Below are positions 18,403 to 28,366 of a stretch of 64,000 bases of DNA, piece by piece (position 1 is the stretch's first letter; the number at the start of each line of letters is the position of its first letter). Below the pieces are notes generated by a model. It was given only the letters and a program-made list of their open reading frames with translations. It did no database searches and was not told the DNA's origin. Source of the stretch: an uncultured Deinococcaceae bacterium (GTDB lineage Bacteria > Deinococcota > Deinococci > Deinococcales > Deinococcaceae); assembly GCA_964252075.1 (NCBI GenBank), contig CAXULY010000021.1:1-64000 (forward strand), read 5' to 3'. The position numbers and the translations under genes were made by a program.

Positions 18403-20127
18403 ATGTTCACCCTGCACGAGACGCGCGTCGAAGCATTCCTGGCCGGGGCGGCGGACGAGACCTACGACGCGATGCTGTGCGACCCGCCCTACGGCCTGCG
18501 CTTCATGGGGCGGCGGTGGGATTACAGCCTGCCGAGCGTGGACGTCTGGCGCGAGTGCCTGCGGGTGCTCAAACCGGGCGCCTACGCGCTCGTGGCGTGC
18601 GGCACCCGCACCCAGCACCGCATGGTGGTGGCGCTCGAAGACGCGGGCTTCGAGGTGGTCGACGTCATCGTGTGGATGTACTCGCAAGGGTTTCCTAAAA
18701 ATCACAACATCGGTAACGCCATTGCCGAGAAGGGCTGCCAGTGTGGTAGACCGGTCCCGTATGACCACCGCGAATCAGGTCCGGCGGAGGCCGAACACGG
18801 TATGCACCCTATGCGGGACGCCAATGTATCGGCGAGCATCAACGCTCGCCAGACAGGCGGCGGCGTATTGTTCGAGGGCCTGTCGGAACAGGGCGCACCC
18901 CCCAAAGGGCCCACGACCAGCAGCGGGGCTCAAACTGGAGCGCAACCCAGCTTGGAAGGGCGGCATCACGTACAAACGGAACAAGGGCAATTACATTGGC
19001 CCGAAGTACGTGCGGTGCCCCGCGGAGCTGAAGGCCATGAGCCGGGCGGACGGCTACGTGATGGAGCATCGGCTGGTGCTGGCGCAACACCTCGGGCGGT
19101 TATTGGAGAGGACGGAGGTCGTTCACCACAAGGACCACAACACCAGAAACAACGGGTTGAGGAATCTGGAGCTGTGGCCGACCAATGGAGCGCACAAAGC
19201 GGGCGAGGTGGGCAGGTTTGCCCCCGGTGTGGCAAACCGACTGATCTAGGCGCGCGCTGGAACGGCCACGGCACCGCCCTGAAGCCCGCCGTGGAGTTCT
19301 ACACCCTGGTGCGCAAACCCACGCGCCTGACGTTCGCGCAGAACGCCCTCACGCACGGCTGCGGCGCCCTCAACATCGACGGCAGCCGCGTGCCTTTTCG
19401 CGGCGAGGCGGACCGCGCGCAGACGCAGGCGAAGAACAAGCACGGCCAGTACGGCTCCGGGCCGCGCGAGAACCACGTCTACGGCGACATGAGGAACGAC
19501 CGCACGGATTACGACGCGGACGCGCGCTACCCGGCGAATCTCATCCTGGACGAGGACGCCGCCGCGCTGCTGGACCGGCAGAGCGGGCACAGCGTCACGC
19601 GCCGCACCGACACGCCCAGCGCCGCCACGGCGAGCGAGGCGTGGGGCGCGACCTTCCAGACGAACCGCGGCGCGCGCGGGTACAGCGACGAGGGCGGCGC
19701 CAGCCGCTTCTTCTACTGCGCGAAGGCGGACGTGGCGGAGCGCGAGGCGGGCCTCAAGCGCTTCGACGCGCGCCCCCACGCGCTCGGCCACCAGGCGCAG
19801 GCCGAAGTGGCGCGCGGCCACACCGAGCACGGCGCGCAGCACAGCATGGGCCTGAACCGCGTGAAGATGCGCCGCAACACCCACCCGACCGTGAAGCCGC
19901 TGGACCTGTGCCGGTACCTCGCCGGGCTGCTGCTGCCCCCGCCGGGCGCGGAGCGGCGGCTGTGGGTGCCGTACGCGGGCGTCGCGAGCGAGATGATCGG
20001 CGCGGGCCTCGCCGGGTGGGACGCGGTGGACGGCGCGGAGGCCGAGGCGGAGCACGTCGCCATCGGGCGGGCGCGCCTCGCGCACTGGCTGGGCGCGGGC
20101 TCGCAAGCCGCGCTGTTCGGCACCTGA
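18403..20127 (+). CDS. Orphan amino-DNA methyltransferase (N4/N6) with large insert
   Basis: DPPY, RVLKPG, GFPK, GTALKPA, RFFYCAKA, NTHPTVKP; preceded by TTGACA-17-CAGGAT. Confidence 0.9.
   Translation: MFTLHETRVEAFLAGAADETYDAMLCDPPYGLRFMGRRWDYSLPSVDVWRECLRVLKPGAYALVACGTRTQHRMVVALEDAGFEVVDVIVWMYSQGFPKNHNIGNAIAEKGCQCGRPVPYDHRESGPAEAEHGMHPMRDANVSASINARQTGGGVLFEGLSEQGAPPKGPTTSSGAQTGAQPSLEGRHHVQTEQGQLHWPEVRAVPRGAEGHEPGGRLRDGASAGAGATPRAVIGEDGGRSPQGPQHQKQRVEESGAVADQWSAQSGRGGQVCPRCGKPTDLGARWNGHGTALKPAVEFYTLVRKPTRLTFAQNALTHGCGALNIDGSRVPFRGEADRAQTQAKNKHGQYGSGPRENHVYGDMRNDRTDYDADARYPANLILDEDAAALLDRQSGHSVTRRTDTPSAATASEAWGATFQTNRGARGYSDEGGASRFFYCAKADVAEREAGLKRFDARPHALGHQAQAEVARGHTEHGAQHSMGLNRVKMRRNTHPTVKPLDLCRYLAGLLLPPPGAERRLWVPYAGVASEMIGAGLAGWDAVDGAEAEAEHVAIGRARLAHWLGAGSQAALFGT
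18761..19249 (+). CDS. HNH homing-type endonuclease nested in the +1 frame of the methyltransferase
   Basis: CTLC...YCSRAC, NPAWKGG, YVMEHRLVLAQHLGR, EVVHHKDHNTRNNGLRNLEL. Confidence 0.85.
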   Translation: MTTANQVRRRPNTVCTLCGTPMYRRASTLARQAAAYCSRACRNRAHPPKGPRPAAGLKLERNPAWKGGITYKRNKGNYIGPKYVRCPAELKAMSRADGYVMEHRLVLAQHLGRLLERTEVVHHKDHNTRNNGLRNLELWPTNGAHKAGEVGRFAPGVANRLI

Positions 20128-20157
20128 CCCCCCGCGCGCCGCGCCACGCTGCGGCGC

Positions 20158-21948
20158 ATGGCTCGTTACCCACTGCGCCGCTCCGACCGCGTGCCCGAGG
20201 TGCCCCGCGACGCCGCGCAGGCACTCGCGCGCGGCCCCGCCGACGAACAGCGGCACGTCACCCAGCAGGTGATCGCCCCGACCGCCGCCGAGCTGTACCA
20301 GCTGGCGGAGTACCAGGAGGCCTTCCACTTCATGAAGGCGCAGGCGGCAGGCGCGCGCGCGCAGCGGCCCCGACCGGGCGTCGGCATGGCGGTCATCGAG
20401 ATGGACGGCGTGGGGAACCGACAGGTGAAACTCACGCGCCCCATCGGCTTCGACTTCCCACAATTGCGCGAGATTGCCGCGCGGTTCATCGTGCTGCCAC
20501 TCATCGCGAACCGCCGCATCCACCAGGTGCAGCGCTTCCTCACGCGCCCCCGCCACGACTGGCAGCCCGGCCTGAAGCTGCGCTTCAAGGACCCGCAGCG
20601 CAAGAAGCGCGACGAGGACGGCGCGCGCTTCACGTGGCTGATGAACTACCTCATGTCGGGCGGCGCGGAGTTCGACCCGCGCGTCATGCGCGCCCTCCAG
20701 CGGGACCACCTGCACGACTTCACAGCGAAGCACCTGCGCGACTCGCTGTTCATGGACCACGCGCCCATCGAGCTCATTCCGTCGCGCAGCGGCGGGCGCG
20801 TGCACGGCTTCATCGCGGTGGACGGCGCGAAGGTGTACCGCACGGACCCCACGACGGGCCTCAGCGAGGACTACGGCGGCCCCGCGGAGCGCAACATCCT
20901 GATGGGCCGCACGAACTACGGCGACCCCAGCAACATCGTCGCGGTGTACGCGGACAACGGCACCATCGTGAGCCAGTACAGCCACATGGACCTGCTGCTG
21001 CCGGTGCGCAACCCCACGAGCGACGAGCGGTACTTCGGGTACGGCGAGGCGGAGCCCGAGCAGCTCATCGAGATTGCGACCGCGTGGATGAACGCCTTTA
21101 GCCTCAACACCCGGTCGATCAGCGACAACAGCACGCCGCGCGGCGTGTGGTCGCTGGTAGGCGACTACCAGACGGACGACATCGAGCGCTTCAAGCAGAT
21201 GGTGCGCGGGCAACTCACCGGCGCGTCCAACCGCTTCCGCAACGCCATCGTCAGCGCGCCTGCCGGTGAGGGCGCCGGCGTGACGTTCACCGAGACGGGC
21301 GCGCAGGTCGAGGAGCAAATGTACGCGCGCTGGCAGGTGCTGCAGGTCGTCATCGCGTGCAGTCTGTACCAGATGGACCCCGCCGAGCTGGGCTTCGAGT
21401 CGTACAGCGCCGGCAACACCAGCTCGCTCAGCAGCGGCGACACCGAAGCGCGCCTCACGAGCGGCGTGGACCACGGCCTCTACACGCTGCTGTCCCGCTA
21501 CGGGCGGACGCTGAACGAGATCATCGCCACGCAGGACCCGGACGTGGAGGCCGACTGGACGGGCCTCGATGACAACAAGGAGGACGCGCAGGCGCGCGAG
21601 CCCGAGATCCTCACGTGGGGTGAGCTGCGCACCCGACACGGCGAGGTGAACGACGACCTGGACGAGGACCTGCTGAACATGCCGCTGAACCCCGTGATTG
21701 CGCCGCTCTACATGCAGAAGGTCGGGGCCGCCGCGGCGCCCCAGCCGGGTCAGGACGGCCCGCCGGGCGCGCCCGGGGGTCAGGAGGCCCAGGAGGACGC
21801 GCCGGACGTGGAGCAGCCCACCGGGCCGAACGGCGAGGCGCGCTACCAGGGCAGCGACGGCGCGCTGTACCAGGGCCCCGCGCGCCCCGCCGCCGAGGGG
21901 ACGGTCGCGAAGGCGCACCAGCCCACGCTGTTCGAGGTGTGGCCGTGA
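20158..21948 (+). CDS. Portal protein
   Basis: RDSLFMDHAPIELI, AVDGAKV, YFGYGEAEPE...N...NSTPRG, YQMDPAELGF. Confidence 0.85.
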   Translation: MARYPLRRSDRVPEVPRDAAQALARGPADEQRHVTQQVIAPTAAELYQLAEYQEAFHFMKAQAAGARAQRPRPGVGMAVIEMDGVGNRQVKLTRPIGFDFPQLREIAARFIVLPLIANRRIHQVQRFLTRPRHDWQPGLKLRFKDPQRKKRDEDGARFTWLMNYLMSGGAEFDPRVMRALQRDHLHDFTAKHLRDSLFMDHAPIELIPSRSGGRVHGFIAVDGAKVYRTDPTTGLSEDYGGPAERNILMGRTNYGDPSNIVAVYADNGTIVSQYSHMDLLLPVRNPTSDERYFGYGEAEPEQLIEIATAWMNAFSLNTRSISDNSTPRGVWSLVGDYQTDDIERFKQMVRGQLTGASNRFRNAIVSAPAGEGAGVTFTETGAQVEEQMYARWQVLQVVIACSLYQMDPAELGFESYSAGNTSSLSSGDTEARLTSGVDHGLYTLLSRYGRTLNEIIATQDPDVEADWTGLDDNKEDAQAREPEILTWGELRTRHGEVNDDLDEDLLNMPLNPVIAPLYMQKVGAAAAPQPGQDGPPGAPGGQEAQEDAPDVEQPTGPNGEARYQGSDGALYQGPARPAAEGTVAKAHQPTLFEVWP

Positions 21949-22140
21949 CGGGCGACCCCACGCGCCTGTGGGTGTCGCTGAACGTCTTCGGGCGGCCCTG
22001 CCGGCTCATCCCGATGGTGCGGGCGCGCCTGGAGCGCGCGAACGGCGGGGTGTCGGTGTCCTGGCTGGGCGCGCAGGTGAGCGCCTTCTGGGGGCGCGCC
22101 GCGCAGGGCTGCGCGGAGACCTGCACGCCCATGGGTCGCC

Positions 22141-23127
22141 GTGGCTGAGGACCTGTGGCGGCCGGATGAGGACCCGCGCGTGGCGGCCGTGGAGGGGCGC
22201 CTCACGGACGCCCTCACGAACTACCTGTACCGCGTGCACCTGGGCGCGCACCGCGCGCTCGAGTTGCCGCAGGTGGACGCGCAGGCGCTGCGGGACGCGT
22301 ACCGCACGCCGACCCTCGCGAAGGCCGACCACGACAGCCACGGGCGCGCCGCGCAGACCTTCGCGGCCTTGCGGCAGCAGCCGCGCGGCGCGCGGGACGC
22401 CCGGGAGCTCGCGCACGCGCTGGCGCACGGGTGGTTCGAGCGGGGGTTGATCGCGGACGAGGCGGAGCGGGCGGCCGTCACGGCGCGCGCGTTCGGGCTG
22501 ATCGCGGCGGGCGGTGTGGTGCCGGGCGAGCCGGGCGGGTACGCGGCGTGGCGGGCGAGCATCACGGACCCGGACGCCGCGCGCGCCGTGGAGTGGGCGG
22601 CGCAGCACGCGCTGGAGCACGCCACGCGGTTGCGCGACACCACCCGGGCGGTGCTGGCGAGCGCGGTGGTCGACGCGCTCATCGCGGGGGACAGCCCGCA
22701 GGCGCTCGCACAGCGCCTCGTGAGTCAGTTCGGGACGCTGAACCGGGACGCGCGGCGCCTCGCGGTGACGGAGGTGAGCGCCGCGCGCAGCCACGGCTTC
22801 CTGGCGGGCGTGCCGGACGGCGAGCAGGTGGAGTGGTTCGCCGCGCCGGACGCCTGCCCGCACTGCCGCCGCTACCACGGGCGGCGCTTCACGGTGCGGT
22901 CCAGTCCGGGTGACTTCCAGACGGAGGTGTGGGCGGGGAAGACGAACGCCGGTCGGGCGTTCACGTCACACCGGATGGACAAAACCGAGCGCGGCGCGGG
23001 GGAGCTGGCGGGGCCCACCATCCCGCTGCACCCCAACTGCCGCTGCCGCTGGGTGCGCGTTTCCAGGCCCACGCCGGGGGTGTCGCCGCGACTGGAGGCG
23101 ATGCTCGCCGCACTGTCTGCAAGCTGA
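22141..23127 (+). CDS. MuF-like head morphogenesis protein
   Basis: RLAVTEVSAA, DACPHC, PLHPNCRC; follows the portal gene. Confidence 0.85.
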   Translation: MAEDLWRPDEDPRVAAVEGRLTDALTNYLYRVHLGAHRALELPQVDAQALRDAYRTPTLAKADHDSHGRAAQTFAALRQQPRGARDARELAHALAHGWFERGLIADEAERAAVTARAFGLIAAGGVVPGEPGGYAAWRASITDPDAARAVEWAAQHALEHATRLRDTTRAVLASAVVDALIAGDSPQALAQRLVSQFGTLNRDARRLAVTEVSAARSHGFLAGVPDGEQVEWFAAPDACPHCRRYHGRRFTVRSSPGDFQTEVWAGKTNAGRAFTSHRMDKTERGAGELAGPTIPLHPNCRCRWVRVSRPTPGVSPRLEAMLAALSAS

Positions 23128-23128
23128 C

Positions 23129-23157
23129 TTGAAAACAAGCCATCAACTGGCTAATCT
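23129..23157 (+). promoter_or_regulatory. Sigma70-type promoter of accessory operon 1
   Basis: TTGAAA-17-TAATCT. Confidence 0.7.
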
Positions 23158-23206
23158 GTAAAACGTAAATGACAAAGTTGCTGATGTGCCCCAACCGGAG
23201 CCGCCC

Positions 23207-23428
23207 ATGAGCGGCTACTACCACCCCCTCCCCGAGCAGGCCGAGCAGCGCCACGCCGCCACCATCGCGGACCTCACGACCGCCATCCGCGCGCTCGACC
23301 GTCACCAGCACGACCCGCGCATCCGCGCCGCCCTCGAAGACCTCCGCCAGGCGCGCGCGGAACTCGCCACCCCACCCGCACCCCTGACGCGCGATGAGCA
23401 GTTCCTCGAAGCGTGCGGGAGGGGCTGA
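23207..23428 (+). CDS. Small hypothetical protein
   Basis: SD GGAG plus ATG. Confidence 0.55.
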   Translation: MSGYYHPLPEQAEQRHAATIADLTTAIRALDRHQHDPRIRAALEDLRQARAELATPPAPLTRDEQFLEACGRG

Positions 23429-23625
23429 TGTACCGCGCCCTGACCGTCACCCTCGCGCTGCTGCTCATCCTCGCGGGCTACGCGGGCTTCGAGGGCCTCT
23501 GCGCGTACCTCGCCACCCGCAACCCCGCGCAGCTCGGCGCCGCCGCCCAGGCGTTCGGCGCCACCGCCCTCATCGCGTACGGCTTCCGCACCGCCTTCCA
23601 CCGCTCCCCCTGGGGCCGCGCGTGA
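23428..23625 (+). CDS. Small membrane protein
   Basis: Two hydrophobic segments; coupled ORF. Confidence 0.55.
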   Translation: MYRALTVTLALLLILAGYAGFEGLCAYLATRNPAQLGAAAQAFGATALIAYGFRTAFHRSPWGRA

Positions 23626-24110
23626 TTGCCGCGTACGAACCCAGCGCCTTCGAGGGCGCCTACCGCCAGAGCGAAACCGTCACCCGCACGCGCCGCGCCG
23701 TCACGGTCACGCGCGTCATGGACGCGGTGCTGGCGCTGCTCCCCACGCGCGACGAGTGGACGCTCGCCGAACTCGCGCGGCAGGTCAAGGCGCCGCACGG
23801 CATCCTCACGCAGGCCATCGCGGAACTCACCGAGCAGGGCCGCGCGCACTTCAGCGACCCCGGCAAGGGCCGCTACCGCTACCGCGCGGTCCTGCAACGC
23901 GACCCCAGCCGCGCGCCCCGCCTGCACCCCGGTCACGATCAGGTGGTGCGCTACGTGCGCCGCCACCGCGTCGCCACCATCCCGGAACTGATGGGCGCCC
24001 TGCACCTCACGCAACCCCGCGCCCTCACGCTCGTCTTCGACCTGTACCACGCCGGGAAGCTGAACCTCAGGGCGGTCGGCAACACCGTCGTCGTCCGGTG
24101 CGCCCCATGA
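23622..24110 (+). CDS. Tandem winged-helix-like protein
   Basis: WTLAELARQV...LTQAIAEL and ATIPELMGALHLT...LVFDL. Confidence 0.55.
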   Translation: MIAAYEPSAFEGAYRQSETVTRTRRAVTVTRVMDAVLALLPTRDEWTLAELARQVKAPHGILTQAIAELTEQGRAHFSDPGKGRYRYRAVLQRDPSRAPRLHPGHDQVVRYVRRHRVATIPELMGALHLTQPRALTLVFDLYHAGKLNLRAVGNTVVVRCAP

Positions 24111-24730
24111 AACGGCGCAAGTCGACCGACAGGGACGCGAGCGTGGCGACCCGCGCGGAACGCCCCATCCTCTTCAGCGCCCCCATGGTGCGCGCCCTGC
24201 TGGACGGCAGCAAGACCCAAACGCGCCGCGTGTGCAAGTTGGACTTCTCCAGCGTTGCGGACACCCTGCGCGCGGAGCAGATCAAAACCGAGCTGTGCCC
24301 CTACGGCGCCCCAGGCGAGCGCCTATGGGTGCGCGAGGCGTGGGGCACGGAGGGCCGCTGGAACGGCACCCCGCCGCGCGACATTCGCACGACCGCGCCA
24401 CTGTGGTACGGCGCGGATGGCCGCCCGGACGGCTGGGGCGGCGTGGGGCGCCCTAGCATCCACATGCCCCGCTGGGCGAGCCGCATCACGCTGGAAATCA
24501 CGGACGTACGCGCCGAGCGCCTGATGGCGATCAGCGTGACGGACGCCCACGCGGAGGGCGTGGAGGGCCAGCCGGGCATGTGGCGCAACTACACCGCACG
24601 CGCGGGCCGATTTGCGAACCCCGTGGACAGCTACCGCAGCCTGTGGGAGCAGATCAACGGCGAGGGCAGCTGGGCCGCGAACCCGTGGGTGTGGGTCGTG
24701 GAGTTCGAGCGACTGGAGGTCGCCCAGTGA
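24107..24730 (+). CDS. Conserved phage protein, ASCH/PUA-like
   Basis: ERPILFSAPMVRALLDGSKTQTRR, LWVREAW, PSIHMPRWASRITLEI, NPWVWVVEF. Confidence 0.8.
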   Translation: MKRRKSTDRDASVATRAERPILFSAPMVRALLDGSKTQTRRVCKLDFSSVADTLRAEQIKTELCPYGAPGERLWVREAWGTEGRWNGTPPRDIRTTAPLWYGADGRPDGWGGVGRPSIHMPRWASRITLEITDVRAERLMAISVTDAHAEGVEGQPGMWRNYTARAGRFANPVDSYRSLWEQINGEGSWAANPWVWVVEFERLEVAQ

Positions 24731-26249
24731 TTCTCGTCGGCAACGCCCTCGACAAGCTGCGCGACCTCGCGGACGGCAGCGTGGACTGCTGCGTGAGCAG
24801 CCCGCCTTACTTCGGTCTGCGGGACTACGGCACCGACCCAGTGTGGTGGCCGGAGGTCGCGTTCACCCCGCTGCCCGGGCTTCCTGCCCAGGTCATTCCC
24901 GAGATGACGTGCGAGCTGGGGCAGGAGCCCACGCCCGAGGCGTTCATCGGGCATCTTGTTCTGATCTACCGCGAGGTGCGCCGCGTCCTGAAGGGCGGCG
25001 GCACCGCGTGGCTCAACATGGGGGACAGCTACAACGGCTTCCCCGCCAATCGGGGCACCGCAAGCCGCTACGCAGGGAGACGCGAACTGCGTGATCAATC
25101 GTTCGCGTCTGGCAACGGACTGCTGCACAAAGGCACCAAGAGCAAAGACCTCCTGGGCATCCCCTGGCGCCTCGCGTTCGCCCTGCAGGCAGACGGCTGG
25201 TACCTGCGGCAGGACGTGATCTGGCACAAGCCTAACCCCATGCCTGAGAGCGTCACGGACCGCTGCACGAAGGCTCACGAGTACGTCTTCCTGCTGACGA
25301 AGCAGCCCCGGTACTTCTTTGACGCTGAAGCCATCAGCGAGCCCCTTTCGCAGGGCAGCCATGCGCGGCTCGCACAGGACACCGCTGATCAGGCGGGCAG
25401 CGAGCGCGTGCCCGGCGAGACGAACGGCCCCATGAAGGCTGTGGTGAAGGGCGGCAACTACCTGAACCGCATCGTGAACCGGGGTTCGTCATTCACGGAA
25501 GGCAAGACGGGCGACCACCAGCAGGGACGGGCGAGCACCAAGCCGCGCCTGGGCAGCTACAAGCAGCTTATTCATGACGTCACGGGTGGCCCGCGCAGAG
25601 GCATTCCAGGTCAGGCCGATCATAAGGGCAGCCGCCTGGCCGCACTGGTGGGTCGCACGCCCGGCAACACCAGCCACAAGGGTACGGAGGCGTACCAGGG
25701 AGGCGTAGAGGACCACCGCACCAAGGGGGGCTGCTCGCCTACAGCTCCGCGCGCACGCAACTGGTGCGCGCACTGGAAATCGCGGAGGAAAAGGGTCTCA
25801 CCGAAGCGCACCTTGACGCCCTGCGTGCAGTTGGGCTGGGCGACGTGGGCAAAAGCAAGGCCACGCAGCGCGGCGAGAACAACCCTGACACGTTGCGCCT
25901 GGCAGACGAAGCGCGCGCCGCGCTCGGCGGGTACGCCCGGGAGTTTCTGTCCGGCCTGACCCGGAACCGGCGGAGCGTGTGGAGCATCGCCACCCGCCCC
26001 TTCAAGGAAGCGCACTTCGCGGTTATGCCGCAGGAACTCGCGGAGACGTGCATCAAGGCCGGCTGTCCGGCGGGTGGGGTGGTGCTGGATCCGTTCTTCG
26101 GTAGTGGCACCACAGGCCGCGCCGCAGTCGCTGTGGGTCGTGAGTTCATCGGCATCGAGTTGCAGCCGACCTTCGCCAAGATGGCCCGGCGCCGCACGAC
26201 CGCGCTGCAGCCGCCCCTTATGGCGCCCGGCGCCCAGGAGAGCGCATGA
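24727..26249 (+). pseudogene. N4/N6 DNA methyltransferase split by a frameshift at a G6 tract
   Basis: SSPPY, WHKPNPMPES and HEYVFLL in one frame; RSVWSI, HFAVMP and VLDPFFGSGTT in the -1 frame. Junction near 25725-25730. Confidence 0.8.
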
Positions 26250-26527
26250 TCGTCGTCGCCAGCTACTTCCTCGCGCGCCTGCCCATCATGGGCGTCGTCG
26301 TGAAGGAACTGAGCGCCCACACGTGCCCGGACGTCACGCCGCACGCGCACGAGGGGCACGACGCCTGGACGGACCGGCTGTGCGCCGAGGCGTGCGCCCA
26401 GTCCAGGCAGGGCCTCACGGGCCGCACCGTCATCGTGGGCGCGCGCCGCAGCACCGACGGCGCGTTCCTGCGTCAACACGTCTTCCACAACGGCCGCGAA
26501 GTGCAGCCCGGCGAGATCCGCCTCTAG
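26246..26527 (+). CDS. Hypothetical protein
   Basis: Coupled ORF. Confidence 0.5.
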   Translation: MIVVASYFLARLPIMGVVVKELSAHTCPDVTPHAHEGHDAWTDRLCAEACAQSRQGLTGRTVIVGARRSTDGAFLRQHVFHNGREVQPGEIRL

Positions 26528-26534
26528 GAGAACC

Positions 26535-27093
26535 ATGCACTGCTTCCTGTACATCGAGTCGAACCCGCCCGGCCTGAAATGGGCCGACTCCAACTCCCAT
26601 GACGGCCTTGCGTTCGTGGAGCTCACCGCGGACGCGCAGCGCGACCTCGCGCGCCTGCTGCTGGAAGGCCGCCCGGGCGAGCGCCTGCGCACCACCTGCC
26701 CCCTCACGGGCGCCCTCGTGCACGCGTGGGTGTCCAACGATGACCCCAGCCCGAACGGCAAGGTGAACCTCGAAACGTACACCGCGAACGGCGAGCACCT
26801 CGTGGCGCCGCTCGCCGGGGTGGTCCGGTTGCGCATCGCGATGAAGCTGCGCGGCGCGACCCTCACCGGCACGCGCATCAACCAGGACGGGCACCTCCAG
26901 CACGCAGGAGGGCCGCGTGCTGGAGGTGCGCGAGCTGCGCGCCATCGCGGCGCGCCTCAAGCCGGACGGCCCCATGCCGGGCGAGCTGAGGGGCTTCGTG
27001 TCCCTCACGCAGCCCGGGCACTTCAAGCTGCGCCTCAAGCGCCTCATCACGGTGCTGGAGGCGTGGCACGCCAGCGACCGGGGGGCGGCATGA
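26535..27093 (+). pseudogene. Hypothetical protein with apparent frameshift near 26896
   Basis: Protein-like sequence continues in the +1 frame (QEGRVLEVRELRAIAARLK...) to TGA27093, overlapping the next ATG. Confidence 0.5.
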
Positions 27094-27668
27094 CGCAGCA
27101 AGACGTCCTGTTTCCCGAACTGCCGCAGCCCCAGCTGCGCGTGGATGAAGTGGACGTGGAGCTCTCCCGCATGGACGGCACCATGGGGCGCGCCATCGAG
27201 TACCGCCTGAACGTCAAGGAGGCCCCCTGGGTGTTCTGGGGCATTCAGGTGCCCGAGGAGCACGGGAACCCCAACAGCCTCCGCGTGTTCCGCCTGATCG
27301 CCTGGGATTACGCCGAGGACCCCTGGAAGCGCGTCTTTGCCAGCCACCCCTTCAGGGGACCGAAGCACGGGCACACGTACAACATCGTCGTGGAGCTCGC
27401 GGAAAGCGACCCGGACGAAGAGGGCGCGCCCGCCGAGCGCGTGGTTCTGGAACGCCCGCGCACGTGGGAGTACGGCCTCGCGGACCCCGAAATGTCACTC
27501 GATGCCCACATCCCGTGGACGTGCGCGCGGACCCACATGCGCCTCCTCGCGGAAGCCATCGTGAGCGGTGTGCTGGACCTCAGCGACCCCACGCAGGACC
27601 AGCCGGCGGGCTTCGACACGTGGGAGGCATGGTTCAGGCACATTGAAGAGGAAGCCTCCCGCGCATGA
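27090..27668 (+). CDS. Hypothetical protein
   Basis: MTQQDVLFPELP... start; ATGA coupling. Confidence 0.6.
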   Translation: MTQQDVLFPELPQPQLRVDEVDVELSRMDGTMGRAIEYRLNVKEAPWVFWGIQVPEEHGNPNSLRVFRLIAWDYAEDPWKRVFASHPFRGPKHGHTYNIVVELAESDPDEEGAPAERVVLERPRTWEYGLADPEMSLDAHIPWTCARTHMRLLAEAIVSGVLDLSDPTQDQPAGFDTWEAWFRHIEEEASRA

Positions 27669-28288
27669 GCAAGCTCCGCCACCGCCTGTGGGGCGTCGTC
27701 GCCCGCGCCCGCGAGACGGGCAAGGCGGTGGAGGAGGAACTGCAGCGCGGCCTCATGGTGCGCGCCGCGCCGGACGGACAGCGCCTCGCGCTGTGGCGCG
27801 CCGACGTGGAACCCAGCGCGACCGAGGTGCGACTGTGCGCGGAGGCGCTGGAGTGGCAGAACGCGCCCGAATGGCAGGACCGCCGGGGCAAGCCGCGCGC
27901 GGCCCTGCTGAGCGCCCCGCACCCCGCGGACGCCCTCACGGAAGACGAGGTGTTCGCGCAGCAGCAGCACCGTGACGCGCTGGCCGTGCTGACACCCCTC
28001 CCGTGGGAGGACGCGCCCACGCCCGCCCCGCCGCCCGAGGCGGCGCCCGCGTGCGGGTCGTGCCAGCACTGGACGCCCGACGCCGGGCTGCTCGGGTGGT
28101 GCGGCCTCGGCTGGTGGGAGCACGACGGCCGCATGACGACCAGCCAGAAGGTGAACGACACCTGGCGGGAAGTGCCGATCACGCACTACCACGGCGACCT
28201 GGCGGAGCCCCTCACGCACCGCGACAGCCCCTGCGCGGTGCGCCGACTGACGGGCGCCGCGTGGGCACCCAGAAAGGATGAGGCATGA
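27665..28288 (+). CDS. Hypothetical protein with C-terminal Cys cluster
   Basis: CGSCQHW...GWC...PC. Confidence 0.6.
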   Translation: MSKLRHRLWGVVARARETGKAVEEELQRGLMVRAAPDGQRLALWRADVEPSATEVRLCAEALEWQNAPEWQDRRGKPRAALLSAPHPADALTEDEVFAQQQHRDALAVLTPLPWEDAPTPAPPPEAAPACGSCQHWTPDAGLLGWCGLGWWEHDGRMTTSQKVNDTWREVPITHYHGDLAEPLTHRDSPCAVRRLTGAAWAPRKDEA

Positions 28289-28366
28289 CGCCCGAGTACA
28301 ATACGTTTAAGCCCGTCGCGGTGCGTCAACACCCACGGGCTGTAGACCATCTAGGGGGGTCCACCA

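Noticed and set aside
18690..19260. Intein or group I intron in the methyltransferase
   Set aside because: No His-Asn/Cys intein end, the nuclease is out of frame and the host frame is uninterrupted. No intron core was recognised, though none was formally excluded.
26535..27668. Single 377-aa ORF as given in the track
   Set aside because: The middle part is low-complexity; better explained as a frameshifted gene plus a separate gene from ATG27090.
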